This document shows, piece after piece, positions 1 through 15,000 of a stretch of 64,000 nt of DNA. The first letter of the stretch is position 1; each line of letters starts with the position of its first letter. Source of the DNA: Giardia intestinalis (taxonomy: Eukaryota). The stretch is taken from the NCBI GenBank assembly GCA_000002435.2, contig CM018790.1. One strand, written 5' to 3'. A program made the position numbers and the translations under genes. A model generated the notes under the pieces. The model was not told the DNA's origin. It made no database searches and saw only the letters and a list, made by a program, of their open reading frames with translations.

Positions 1-3000
1 CTAAGAAGTTTGGCGGAAGATTGATAATGGTGTGCTTCTTGGCAGCTTCTTGATAGATCTGTGCCTTGAGCCATTCAGCATGCGGCCCTTTCCACTCAAA
101 CTTGGGGTTCTTCTGTGCATAGAAGGCCATGATAGCCAGAAAAGGATTTTCGGTGAGGGCAAGTGCTACAAAAGAGCTATGGTGCTGCGCAAACCAGGGA
201 AGAGACTCTGCAATAATAGTGTTATATCGCGCCAGAACCGTAACGACAAGCCATGCATATGTGATTCGGGGGCTGATGGAACAGATTTCCGGTATCAACT
301 CCGTCACATGCTCAAAGTTTGTTATTGCCTTTATCTGCGATCTCGTATAAATTTTTGTGAGGGGGAATCGACTATTAACAAGAAAGCAGTTTGCCAACTG
401 CTGTATTGATATCATCTTGATAAAATCTGGGTAGGAGTTCTTTCCAATGACAGTAATTCCAAGGGAACGCTCCATGCTTGTCGAGTGCTTGTTCATGAGG
501 TCCTGCTCAAATACATTAAGATTTGCAATGAAGAAGATTGATAGGGATGTCATTACACCAGCGGCAATCCGGGGCTCAAATAGACGAAACACGCGCTCAT
601 TGATATATGGAAGAATACATGCTGCTAAAAATGAGGTGATGGCGGCTGGATTCTGCTTCATTGCATAGATAAACGGATATGACTCACGCATACTCATGAG
701 TCCCTGGGCCTTAAGCTGCTCGGGCGTTAGTGCACCAGGCTTAGCTGCATTACCCTTGATCAGCATTTCTGTGTAACTTGCAACGGCTCGCTTAATGCGC
801 AGGTGCAAGTCTGGCATAAAGTTATCATCGGCTAAGATAACCGACGGAGTGTGCACTTGTGCATAACGCCACATTATCTCTGCAACCAATGAGAGAGAGC
901 GTCCAAGCTTCATAGCAATGCTTGTCCCTAAGGTGTCAACTATTGTACGCTGGAGGCATATGATGTTAATCTCCTTGTCAATATCTGGCTTATCAATGTC
1001 TTTCTTAATTAGGGTATCTATAAGGGCATATTTCCCGACAGCTGAAAAGGCAATGTCACGTCCAAGAGAGAAGATAGTGGTCAGAGCTTTCTCTTGATTA
1101 CTTTTCAAGGGAGAATCCTGCTTAAGACAATATGAAAGGCTCTGTGAATGTTGATGTGATGATTCGGCAGGCGTAGATGCAATGGTTCGAAGCGCTTGCA
1201 TGTCTGAGCAACTGGCCAAAAAGGTGAGGAGGTAGTTCTTAACGGAAAGGCTCAATCCAACAAGCAACTGTGATATGGCGGCATTACCAACTCGTGTGCA
1301 TTCGTCCGAAGACCTCCCTGCAGAGTTTTCCCCAAAAATGGATTCTATTAGTATACATGAGATCTTGTGAGCGTTTTCGGTCGGATACTCTGCCAAATCA
1401 ATTGTGTCCACTTCTTTCCTAGCAATTATCGAACACGGGCATGAGCATGAAAACATATCAAGGGTCGTTTGAGTCAGCATCCCCACGCGCATGCATGCAG
1501 TAGTGAAGTCTGTGCCGGGATAGAGGGAGAATACGACAGAATTGTTCCCGTTGTTGACATTTCTATTTATATAGAGTTTGCGAAGAAGAGAAATGTTTGC
1601 TCCGTTGGCGTTCGGGGCGCCGTAATTCAGAATAAGATACTTGTATTTATACCACTGTTCAGTCCCTGGGGCCACATCCCTCGCTTCACTAAACCGTTGC
1701 ATATTCTTCTGGATTGCTATGTCCAGTTCTCGTGAAAACTCTTCTGGTGGTAGCAGAAGATCCAGTTTGATGATATTCTTGGATATCTCGTCAATCAGCT
1801 CCATGCTTTTATCATCTTCTAGTCCATTAAGAGAGCTATTCAGGGCTTGCAAGTATCCAGTCCGCTTCCGCTTGCTTCTGTGGATCCCTTCTAGTAAGTA
1901 CGCAGCAGACAGCCCAAGGTGGCTGGGCACAACGTGTACGCAGCTGTTGATCATGTCAGACAATGCAACGCAGTCCAATGTCTGTCTGGCAGGGTCTGTG
2001 GGCTTCCACTCGACATTGAGCACTTTCAATATGATGTATGTCGGGAAGTCGATAGCCATGACCCTGATAATGTGATTCAGAAAGAAACTCTTGCCTGTCG
2101 TTTCGGCTGTGATAGAAATCATCATGGGGTCCTTGAGTAATTCGTCCATGGTTTTGTCAAAGCGATGGATATGCACAGGAATTCCATTATTATTCAGAAT
2201 AGAGACCATGGCAACGGTGAACGGGCTCAGACTGTTGTTCTCTGTATGCTTTTGGCAAGCTGCAAGGAGATCCTGCAGATATGGGGAGAGGTCACCACAT
2301 TCACCGTTTATCAAGCATTGCAAACACTTGTCTTCTGAGAGCCTATCGGTCTCGCTGAACAGCATATATGCAGAACATAGTAGTGCGTCTATATGCGCTG
2401 TTTGCACGACAGCCTCCATCACCATTATTTCTCGCTTGATAAGGTGCAGTAGAGAGTGCAGGAAATCCCTCATAATCACTGCCTCGGCGACCGCTGTTTG
2501 GATATTGTGATTGCGGGAGATGAAGCCCTTTTGGACTAGTCGTGTTGTGCCCGTATGCCGCTCAACAGATGAGACAGCATTTTCGACAATCCTGACCATA
2601 ACAGGTACAGTCAGTTTCGTTATCTCAATGATCTTGTGCTTCGTTTTGCTTGGCGCTGAAAGATACTCGTAAAAGAACAGCGCATTTGTAAGGATATCTA
2701 TATATTCAAAGAAGCTTCCTATTCGTTGATATATGGCATTTGTGAGCTGCGACGCCAATGCCGTAAAACGCATTAAAGAGACCGTGGGAACAGATGTGAA
2801 CCTACTTGCAAACTTGTAGATACTAATGGTTGCAGCTGCAAACGTGTGCTTGAATGCAGCCAAAAACTCAGTACGGTGATTGTTTCCTTTGCGGAAGATG
2901 TGGGCCGGGGGTTCATTAGGAAAGGTGCACCGAGATATATTGCAGATGCTGACTATATCTGCGAACGAGTACCTAATGAGATTCATCTTGTACTCTTCCT

Positions 3001-6000
3001 GCTTTGCCTTTATGTTCGAATTGCCCAGCAACAGCTGCTGCATATCGTGCATATGCTCTTCGTTGATAGATACACCTTGCATCCTAAATGACTCTAAGCC
3101 TGTCTCTATGTCATTTATCATTTCTATAGCAGGAGACTTTATGGAATTAAGCACAGGAACGCGGAGACTCTCTGAGTATAGTTGCGGCTTAACATAGGCA
3201 GAGCTATCCGACCCTAGGTACACGGCAGGGCCGACAGGAAGATCATCGACAATAATCACAGCTAGATTGATGCTTAGAAAACTGGCCAGCATGCGCCTAT
3301 CACACGTGAGATTCAAACCATACGATTGCGGGACTAGAGAACATATAACACCCATTTCTTCGGAGCTGAAGATGCCCTCCGCTGCATTCAAGGGCTCGAG
3401 GGTGCGGGTGAGCAGCTGGTAAACCGAGATTCCGGCAGCCCCCACCCTGCCAAGTGCCGACTTAGGAGCTATCACAGTTACATCGTGAGCCGATGGCAAA
3501 AGGAAGTCCTGCGCCTTCTCGCGCTTTTCCCTGGCAATAATCTGGTGAGGCTTGCCTCTAAGTCCAGACCATTCATTAATGGCCGGAGGAAGAAGAGAGT
3601 ACGCCCGTCCAGTTCCTATAGTGCGGGACGGAAGGCATGTCTCTAGAGCTGATTTGAAGCTGAGGCCCGTGGAAGGATTGAGTGGTGAGACGGTATCAGG
3701 ATAAAGAGCTTCTGGCTTTATCCCAAGGGCCAGGGCCATCGCTGTCCGTATCATGAGGAGCAGGAGCAGAAACTCATACTCCCTCATGTCAGCGTTAACC
3801 TTGTGCAACAAGTCCACGAAGTATTGGTTGAGAGGATCAGAGCTTACTATGACAGATGCGGCATCCAAAAGAACGCGCTGCTGAGTGCTACTGTTGTATA
3901 TGCTCCCAAAGCTGGAAACGGTAAACTTCTGGCAATTTGAGAGGGCGACAAGCTGGGAAAGAATTTCTGCATAGGACTGGAGCGTTCCGTTGGCGATGTT
4001 AATAGTATACTTAGCAGGCCGCAGACACATCATTGCAGCAAGGGAAAAGCCAGGAAACATAGCAGCCTTGTTAGGGTTCACCTTTGGCTTTGCCTGGAAA
4101 GAAATTCGCTGGGAAATCTCTTCTTCTACTGTTGCAGATGGACTGATAACAAGCGAAGCTGTTTGCTTCCGGAGTAGCCTGCGCCAGGAGCGAGTTTCTG
4201 CGTCGCAAATCGCAGATAGATATTCGCGAACATCTTGGTCCACATAGGTCGGCTGCTTTCCTGTGCGCATTGCTATTGTGTTCTGAACGTGGATATGTAT
4301 TTTTCCTGCGTAGGGAGCCGCTCTGTTGGCCAAGTAGATGCGTGTCCCATGAAACGGATCGTAATCATAGAAGTCCGAAAGACTCGATGTTGCAGGTCGG
4401 GGTGCAAAGTTATTTATCATAGACACAAACCTGGCCATGTTCATTTCTTTCTCTGTTTCAATAGTCACATAAAGATGAAAGACGCGCGAGAGCATGTATG
4501 GATCGTAAATAGGGAGTCTGCTGGCCAAGAGAAGAAAATGGCCAAACCAGAATGCATTGATCGTTGCGTATGACAATGCGATAAGCTCAGACGCATTAAC
4601 GTGGATTCCATCAACCTGGCAAAGTACACTGTTGAGCGTAGAGGCCATAAGAAGCGTGTTCTCTTTAACAAAGGGAGTGGTTTTCATAGACATGGAGGTC
4701 ATGCCCATAAACCTATGTGATGCTAGGGATTTGTGACCGAGGCGGATTCCGTGGTTGATAATGAACGCTTCCCAAGCGGGATAGAACGCGAAGTTTGATA
4801 TAAGCATCAGCTTTACGTCAGACCAAGGGCCCTCGCTTTTCTTCAACACTGTCGGGTGCATCTTTTTGACCTGCTCTGATCTATTGCCGGAACCTTCTTC
4901 TTTCTTGGATGCCTTGAGGCGTGGAGACTTAGAAGCCTTGGCCTTCTTCAGTTTCTCTGCGCGCCGTTGAGCTACTGCTTTCCCTACCGACTCGACATAC
5001 TCTTCATCCGTATCCAAATAGCCCAGGAAGCTTAGGCTCGCGAACCGCTCGATGACAGCGTCCATAAACTGGGCATCCATTTGGGCCATGCTGCGTAGCG
5101 AAGAAAATAGGCTATGGAGCGATGCTCGCAATAGCAGCTGATCATTATTGTACTTAATGATCATTGTGGGAGAGCACTCTTCTTTATCGATGCAATTATC
5201 TGCTCGAACGCTTTCTTCTTCCTCCCGGATGTGTAGCATCATCTTGTCTGGAACCACTGTAAGAGAATTCATTGTCATCACAAAGTTTTGATACATGTTA
5301 GAGAATACTGCATACGTCTCCGAGATAGAATTGGGCAAAGAGCCACGCACCAAGAAGTATCCGCTAACATATTGGGATATCCACGAGTCCGTTTGATGAG
5401 GAAATATGCGCTTACAAAGTCCATTCAGATACGCCTCAGTACACGGAGGCACTTCTATTTGCAGTCCGCAGTAACTTGTCAAGTTGTGATCTGCAGTACA
5501 CTCCACAATAATGGACATGTCTGAAAGGCTTATGGCACCTGTTTTGAGGTCGTACGGCATGTCCAGGTATATGGGGTGAGGCACCTCAGCGTTGGCGTCT
5601 AGTAGCAACATGTGGTCACGTAGCAGAAGCGCAAAGTGACCATTGATGGAAGCAGCTGGGTCAATATCACTGCAGTGAAAGTGGAGAGATGGGAAGCAAA
5701 GGGTGTCACAGTATTCTAGCACGGTGTTAGGAGAAGTGTTTTTCCCTATGTACGCATTCTTCCGCCGAGAGCTAGCAGCTGTGAGGTAATTGCGTTGAAG
5801 GCACCGAGATGAGAGAGAGCTGGCGATGGCATGTACGCTATTACTTGTTTGAACGTCGTTGAGAAGAAATGTGTCGGGAGCAAGTAAGTCACGGAATAGA
5901 AGCCTGGCCATATCTATAAGCCTAGACTTTCCACTGCCGCGCTGCCCGATCAGAGCCACAGTAATTGGGCTCAACATGGCGCATCCCAGAGCGACAATGA

Positions 6001-9000
6001 TTGCACAATGATGGGGACTGAAGACAGTGATAGTCGGATTGCTGCATTGAACGGAGACAGACTCTCCCTTGTCATAGTCATGAAGCTCCAAGTCAATAGC
6101 AGTTCTTTCATTCCGTGATAGTTTGGATAGCTTAGTGAGCTCCAGGTTCATGGCTTTCTTTGCTTGCTCTAGGTTGTCAGCGGTGTCATTGGACTCACTA
6201 GAGTCGCTCTCCTCTTGCTCCTTATCTTTGCTTAAGGTCTTGTCTGTTACCAGTTCTTCTTCGTCTGAAGAGGACATATAGAAGTCAACGTTGGCCGGCT
6301 TAATCAACCTCAGTGGCTTGCTGCTGTCCTGTGCTGCTGCAGATTGTTGAGTCTTGGACGCTGTTGTGGTAACTAACTTAGTAAAGAGGGCATCCTCTTT
6401 GGCATGTATAATCTTTGCGTGCTCTTCTGTTGCCTTTCTTTTAGCAACAGCAAGATTATGCTTTTTGCGTTCTACAAGGCGTGTAGTGATCATATCAATG
6501 CTCTTTTCCACGAAGGTCCTGTCACGAAACTCATGAATTCTTTTCATAATTCCGTGTCCGATTTCATAGAGCCGGAACTCCGCCTTGCAGAGATACTTTT
6601 TGTAGGAAACTGCCTTCTTGTTCTGCCCCAATCCGTACGTAAAATCTATGTATGAAAAACAGGAGTTTGCAATCGTACCAGGATTATAATTCTGCGTTGT
6701 AGATGACGACATGTTCACGGGAAACTCTTTAGGAAGCAATGCAACAACTTTTTTGCTGAAGGTGCGGAAGTTGCTTATTATTACCTCACTGGACAGACCG
6801 TGATTTAACGCCCCCAAGTCTAGCCTATACAGAGTGTCATAATGCTTCAAAAGACCTGGATGCACAAGTGGGGAGTTGGCCTCTAACAACAGAAGCGTGA
6901 CAAAGGGGCTGACGCCACAGTACATGGCCTGGGTCAACTTTTCTATGCTTTGAAATTCTGTAGTGAGAGCATCGTATTTCTTGCCTAGCCAGCGTGCATA
7001 GTTTGTGGTCCCCTTGCTGACCTTGTTCTTACCATCATCATAGGTTGTGACAAATAGGCTACATGCGTTCCAGAAAGCTATCACCAATGGTACAACTAGA
7101 TTTGTGAAGGCTTCGGCATGTGTTTCCGGACTGAAGACTGCTTCCAGCATAAAGCTACTACTCAGCTCATAGGCCAAGGAGCCACAGAAGCCCATTCCCA
7201 GTTGCAGGACATCTCTCTCTGCATTCATAAGTAGCGCTGTATTAATAATGGAAGTTAGGTTGGTGGTTCCCGACGATTTCTGTTTAACATGGTCGTCCAA
7301 CTCCTGTATTTCTTGTAAAGAGAACCCAGCAACGTCGAGAAATGGCCACACCTCATCCGCCAGAATTGTGTGAGAAGTTGATGTGAATGAGCTGTAGAAT
7401 GCCCTGTGTAACCGTTGCATATGCTGCTTTTGCACAAGAGCCTGCTTTGCAATAGCCTGAGCGGTCTTCACACCTGAAGACTCAGGCCCACAAATGGCCT
7501 TTTTAAGAAGCCGGGAGCTGGAAGAAGAACATGAATAGATGTTTGTAGTTGCTAGGATCTCCTTTGGAATTGTAACACCTATCGTATCTAGAAACGTGAG
7601 TATCTGGGCCCGCTGATCCAGAGTCATCCCAAATGGCTCTGGAAGCGAAGGAATTACAGACCCTGGTTGTTGCTTTGCAAGGGCTTCTTTCAACCGCATC
7701 AACACTTCGACACACTCGCGTACGTGGGACACGAGCGTAAATGCAAATGTTCCTGTAAATGCCATTGGCGAGCACCCGTCTTCATAGGCCTTGTGCTTAG
7801 CAATCTCGGAAACACGATTCTTCATCGCTTGGGGGGTTTCGCCCCGAGCCGCTTGGGAGTACTCCAGACTTTTAAGAAGAAACTGCGATGGTAGTGGTTT
7901 CCGCAAAATGGTGACAACGTTAAACCTCAGCAAGAAAAAGTAGAACATGGACCGAATAAGGAAAACCTCATCTACGCTACGCCCGCAATTGAATACGTGG
8001 GCCATGGTGTCATAAAGAAACCCGATGATGCTATTGATAAAGGTCGGAAGTACAGCGATCCTCTGGATCACACGGGTCATATATGTGGTCTGTTTGGAAG
8101 CAGTCGCCATGAGCGACTCCAATCCTTGCAACAGAAACAAGGCATCCCGAGACTCCACTTTCCTGCGTTTTAGTTCAGACTTCCATAAGTCAACATTCAT
8201 TTTAGCTATAAATCTTAGATGTGGTGTGTCAATGAATAGAGACCCGTGCAAAATCTTCCTACAACCATCGGATCCCTCGATGGATGGTAATAACACAACC
8301 CTGTGTGTAAATAAGTCAATCAACGGGCCGAAATCTTGAAGCATACTGATAGTTACACAGATCATAAAGTACGGTCCACGGCCAATGTCAAACTGGTAGT
8401 ACGTGCATCCGAACTCATCCAATATGATAGGGTAGTGGAGGGATGCACCAAAGAGCTGATCGAACATTCGCAATAGAGCATGCGAGGTGGGGGGCGCGAC
8501 AACAATCAAGTGCTCTGACTTTCGTGCCTTTTCCTGCTCCCCTGCCACCTTGCCTGGAATGGGCTCCAGTAGGCTCTCAGAACTCATGGCTGAATCACCA
8601 TATGTCAGTCGCTTCAGTGCGGCTCGCAATGAACGAGAGTCAGTGACATAGGAGACATCCCAATGCTTCACTGATGTTAGCACGGCAGTATATGCTCTAA
8701 TGTAGCTACTCTGGGGGACCACCGCTAGAAGAGGCCTCCCAGATTTTAGTAGCTCGTTGGCAAAGATGATATCAATAACAAATTGAGGCGCGAGCTGGTG
8801 CATCTGGCCAAATAGCGTTACATAATTAAGAAGTCGGGGAGCCAGATACTTAGATAGATGCTCGCTAAAATACTTGGCAAACGTTGATCGAGCATGGACT
8901 ACGCTTTGCACGGCGGTTGATGCATTGTATCCCATAGCCAATCCCAACTTGCCATCTGATGAGTGGTCGTGGAGGAGGTTGAGAGAAAATAGGCTGGCTT

Positions 9001-12000
9001 TAATGAAGTCCCAATAGGCCTTGCTGAGCTTATAAAGCTGGACAGTTGAGGTCTTGTCCAGTCCAAATGCAGATGAAATGATTCTGCAATACACCTCTAC
9101 CAGGTTGTCATTGGTCATGGGATGCAAGATAAAGCTAAGGGTTTGGCGCATGATCATATCAAGCGTGACGGCTGCCATGCAAAGCGCGTCTGTTCGTTCT
9201 TTCACGTGAGTGTAAACCATCGGGATGTCGCCCGCGACAAATTTGTATGTCAAGCCGCTGAACTGCCTCAGAAAGACAGATATCTCGTAGAAGGCCCGGC
9301 CATACTCTGGCGACAATCGGAGATAGAGGGCATCTGGGGACTCAATTTCCAAACTGATCACCCGTCTGATTCTAAATGGAGCAACAACCAGGTCGAGACG
9401 CTCGGACGCTGCATACGAGGAGGAATAATAATCAGTGACATTATTGGCCAAATAGTTGCTTTCATTGGTGAACGAGGTCTGCCCGAGCACAGGAAGAAGC
9501 ATATCCATACTAGTGGTGGTCGTATTAATAGGATCAACATAAAATACATCTTCCATACACGAAATCGGCGATAGTTCAGGTAAGAAAAACACTATGAAGC
9601 CTAGATTGGGGAAATCGGACATAGTGGCTCCTCTGGCAACTCCCGTGTCTTTGTCCATTACAACGAGCCCTGGGAGAGCCCCTTGCTTGACTCGCAAGTC
9701 ATTTGCCAAAGTGCATAGCTGTAATAGCTGCCAGCTTGGGAGATATTCAATGCCAACGACAATAGCTAAGCAGCCGTTTGCAACGGCCGACGACAATCTT
9801 TGGAGATTTGCGGCAAAGGTGTACTCGCTGAACGGGCAATATATTACGCGCATGAATAGGTACCGTGAAAGAGCTGTTGTAATCAAGTAGAGCTCCGTAT
9901 TGGAGTGCCCCTTTTCGCTGCTACAAACTAGGAATATAATCATGCGCTCAGATATAGCAGAGAAGATCTTGTTAAGAAGACCTAGTTGTCGGGGATTGAG
10001 CTTTAAAGTTGTGTCCAGAATAGTGGCTGCTCCAAGCCACTGTTGTGAGGCCTCAAAGGAATATGTTCCGTGTTCAGATGTAATGAAGATTTTGTTAGCC
10101 CCAGGCTGAAAGTAGACAAATGGAAAATGCACCGATGCAGACAACAATTGCATGCCCTTTGTTGACATAAATATACGCTTGCACTCAGTCAGCAAGTCAA
10201 ACCACTCGTGAAGCTTAGCTACGATAGCCTTTTTATGGATCGTTGGCTTGTGTGAGCAAATAACCTCCATCTCAATTGCTTTCCCAAAGTTCTTTAGAAG
10301 ATTCAGGAGAGGCATCATTGACTCTTTTGTGTGCTTTCCAGCAAATGCGTCACTAATCTCTTTTGAATATACTAATCTAATGTAAGAAGATAGTACTATT
10401 ATTGTAGAGCGAAAAAGAAAGTTGGAGAAAAAATTATCGAATATGGAGCAGCACTGTATTTGAACACCTATTATATCGTGTGGAGTAAGCGTGTGCAGCA
10501 CCTGTGGAGCGGTCAGTTGCTGAGGCTGTGTCGCTGACTGATTTGAAGAGTCGGGGTCTGACTCGGAAATTGCGATAAGGTGAGGATCATTTTCTAAGAA
10601 CCCTTTATAGTCATCACTACGCGAACGCTCATCTGGTTGGGATGTAGTATTAGAAGTATCTTGCTCACGCAAGGACTTCTCGATTGCATTGGTGTCGTCG
10701 CTGGACGAGCTATCATCAGATCCTATCTGTCCTCCAACCTTTTCCTGCATCCGCTTGCTAAGGGAATTGAGCTTGAATGATACTGAGTCTGTCTTCTGTT
10801 TAGTTGCAGTGTCGGGCACCATGCGTTCTTGTCGTAGCTTATTGAGCTCTGTTGCAAGAATTTTCTCATATCTCTGAATCTGATGATTAAATTCCTCCCA
10901 CGCTTTTGATATATTCTTCATTAGGGCGGGAGCAATGTTCCGAATTATTTTGTCTGAGACTAGAAACACGCCCTTTGGTAGCTCGATAGGCTCTAGCAAC
11001 TCTAGCACCTCATCCGATGATTCTAGAGCAGTAAGCTCACGTAGAGGCATGTTGGTCTCTTGGATATCTCCTGAGTGGGTTGCGTCAACGAGGGGTGGAC
11101 GTTGTGGAAGCAAGACGAATCCATCAACTCCACTCAGGACTTCGAAGTGTAAGCTTTGGACTGCTTTGAAGCAATTTCTCCGAATAAGGAACTCCCCACA
11201 ATATAGTATGGGAGTATTGCAGAAGAATAATGAGGAAGGATGGTAGTGATCATCGATCAGTGGCACAACTCTTTGGCACACTTTGGATCTTATCTGTGGG
11301 TTGGATGTGGCGACCTCATACCAGAGAGGCACCTCCATTGACGGATTTATGGATGCATTAATCTTTCGGAGATTAGTCAATATTCCATGATCGCGTACGG
11401 AGATAACTTTGTCATAGATCCTGTTTAGTCTCTTGCACAGTGTAGTAACGGCTTCATTGAAGGTTCTATCGAAAATGATCGAGAAAAGAGGCGTGAACGG
11501 TTTCGAAAGATATTTCATTGCCAGCTCCTTCCACTGGGAAAAAAGCTCCTTGAATGTGCAGAGATCTTCTTGTGAGATAAAAGTAACAGCTAGACCATCA
11601 TCAGTCAGAAACGGAGCTAGTTTCTCTCCATGTTGGGTGCTGATCGTTGTATATGTGCGGGTGTTCTTACTGAGACTTATGCATATACCGTACTTTGTCA
11701 CACACAGAAGGGCGTAGATGATGTGTGTGATACGGAACAAGGCCTTGTAGACGTAAAGCATGAGCCAGGCTCCGCACTCGAGATAGCGCGCCAATACCTC
11801 AATGTCTGGTGCATATCTACTTTGCTGAATTATGTCACTGTAACCTTGGTAACGGAGAGGTAAGTGCCTTGTCGTTCTAAGACTAGAGGTGCGTGCGATG
11901 TAAGCGTGGATACCGTGTAAAACTGAGAGCTCTGGCTGTACCTTCTTGTTACCATGACCTATGCTGTTTAATATATTGGAGATTGTGTAAAGGGACTCTC

Positions 12001-15000
12001 GCAGCAGGGCTTCTGAGTTGACGGGAGTAATAATTACTGCGAAAGATTTGCTATTCCACGCAGTGCTGGTTCTATTTGCCACTTCTGTTGCCATATCATA
12101 GGAGAACTCCATAAGTATATTATGCAGCAGGTCATCAATGACCGCTAGCTGCTCTCTGGCTTCCATGTCGATTGAGGCGTTGTTGGTGATGCATAGCAGA
12201 ACGGAGAAGAGGTCGCTATCCTTTTCGAAGGCCTCTAGAAAGCTAGAGACAGACAAGGAGAGGACAGCTCTTGCATACTGATCTTTAGAGACTATGATCT
12301 CATTCGTTGATACTATGTGTGCTGTGCTTTCATCCAGGTTACCGTCCTTAGCTGTCCACGTGCTTGCCTCGCTTGGTTCTCGCACGGTTGGCTGGACGGT
12401 ACCAGTGGAAATCTCGGTCTGAGAAGGAAGAGTGCATCCTACTAACTCTGCCAGTGCCTTGTAGTGATGCTCACAAAGGTGCGGACTACGGACAAAATAC
12501 ATAATGGTAATAGGGAGTGCATATGCAACTATCATCTCCTGAGCATAGTCGACATATTCTGTCCACGATGCATATGTTAAAACTATTAGGTTGTCGTTCG
12601 TTTTTGTCTCAGGCTTCAACGTGGGTCCGACGCCCTTCAGCCTTTTTGCTTTATCGGTTAGAGGAACACTAGCAAGGGACATTATGTTTGCACTAGTTAA
12701 CGAGTTCACAGCATCACCGTCTTGTTCGGTTCCAATGGCAGCTAAGTTGTGACCTTCGATGGACCTGTTCTGAGAGCTCTGCGAAGGTTTCAAGATTGTT
12801 AGGTTTGAGCTTGGTATAGAAAAACTATGCTGATCTGGATTCGAAACCCTGTGCCGTATGACTTTGATAATATCTGCGGTTTGCTCCAGCAGGTGAAGTA
12901 AGGGTGAACTAGGATAGTCAGCAACTGCTACTGTAACCCCCTTTTCGTGCAATGCAACAAGGTCGGAGACATTGGCTACAACAGAGCAAAGCGGATGGCA
13001 TATAGAGAGTAACGTGTACGGGCTATATGTGCGATGTAGATCCTTACTAGGGTGCTTATTTGCGACGCCAGAGACTGAGTCCTGCCTTTTGTGTATATCC
13101 TGCCCTATGAAGCGCTTCCACTTATCAATGGAAGCCTGGATGATGCATATTTCTTGCAAGATAAAGCGCAGCTCAGCCAGAATTTGTATAATATTGAATT
13201 CCGTCTTGACCTTCTTCTTAATGATTGGGCGCCGATAAAACATTCCCTCTGTAAAGAGTGAATCGCTAGGCACCACCTTGTGAAGCTCAAGTCCCTGTCG
13301 CTTTAGCGTGCCGATGGTTCTAGAAAGTTTTAGTTCTGATGCCAGGAGCGCGTCTACTCCACTCACAGGCAAAGCCCTACTGCTGGGAACAGCTTCTTCA
13401 GATAGCTGGTCGGCCAGGGTATAAGATAGGGAATCCTCTTGGGCGTCCTTGTTCAGTTCGCCTCTGGCAGATGCAGATGCCGACACCGACGGATCGGTGG
13501 AAGGTGCGGCTACGGAAGGTTGTCCACTGGTTTGGCTATTCTTTAAAAGAAATGTGTAGTCGACGTTGCCCATGATGGCAACGTTTATGCCTCCTCCCTT
13601 CCCAAATAGCTCCTCCCTAGAATGATGCTTTGTACAAATCGGCAAGGCTGTTTTTAGTGCAAGGGATAATAAAAACTCTCTCTCGTACTCTAATATCTGT
13701 GCCTCAGTCACGTACAAGCTAGACGCATCAATGTCGGAGCTGTTAAGGCTCAGATCAAATTGCAGCATTGTTAGGTTAAAATCTGTCGATAGATAGGGGT
13801 TTTCCTGTTCAAATTCGGTGGCAGAATCGTGTGCAGCCTTCATTGAATGGTAGGTTAAGCAAAGCACCTCGGCGACGGAGTTAACCAGATGATTAGTTAT
13901 GGTCTGGAGGTGCTGTTCAGTTGAGCGAATGAAGCGACTATAAATAAACGCTCTGTGCACAAGGTCACTAGACGTGGATTGAGTCATGGAGATGATGTCC
14001 AATAGAAGAATCACCGAAGAAAAGAAATTAAAAGAAAGGATAGTGTCTCCAAGAGAAGGGTCTGTTTCATTGCATACCAGGAGAAACTCAACCACCTTTG
14101 AAGTATCATACTTAATCTCTCGTTGCTTGCAAACAGGCGCGTAGTTGGTTTCTCTAGTGCCGATAACGGTATCAGTCTGGGGACGCAAGTAGAATGGTGG
14201 CATGTTATCGGGTCCATAGATTGGCTGCTCCTGTCTATTAGATGGACTGACATAGTATGCTGCAAAGACCTGTGTGAGCTGCATAGCTTGATCATTTAGG
14301 ACACCCAGTGCTGCCTTACCTTCACGATAGGGAGGGGACTCGTTGGCAAGTGCAGACATCGCACGGAAGTCCCGGAATATACGCTCCACAAGGCTTGAGA
14401 CACTGTCAAGGATAGAGATAGACAAGCACGAGCTGCACTGCGTAACTATGGTGTGTATATAGTCAAAGACGCGTGCAAATGCAGATTTCAGCCTGCTCAT
14501 GGATAGATACTCCTTAACCTTGTCAATGTCTCTCAGCAGCTCTGGGTCTAGCATGAACGAAAAGAAGAGCGTGTGCAGTGCATGTATTTCTGAGGAGACA
14601 TAGTTAATGAAGTTGAGAAGGACAGAGATTGACCGGGATCTGATTGTGTTTTTCGTCTCATCGACAAGCTGGAGAAATTGATCCCGGATAATAGAGACGG
14701 CTATGCTTGCTGGACCAAAGTGAATCGCAGTTTCAAAAGGTTGTCTTCTGCTCTGTTGTGCAAAGTCCTTCAGAGGCATGGTGTCTCCTAGCTCCAGTGA
14801 TTGTGACTCTATAGGTTTCTGACTTCTCCCAGTGAGGTCAGTGCAAGGCTGGGGATCTACTACAACAGAAGGTAACTGCATGGTCTCGTGCTCTGACTGG
14901 CTTGGCTGCATGGACAGAAGAGCTGCCTGGATCTGGTCTAACTTACTGATAAAATCTCCCAGACACCGCATATCTGGAGGTGTGATAGAATCTGTTTCCT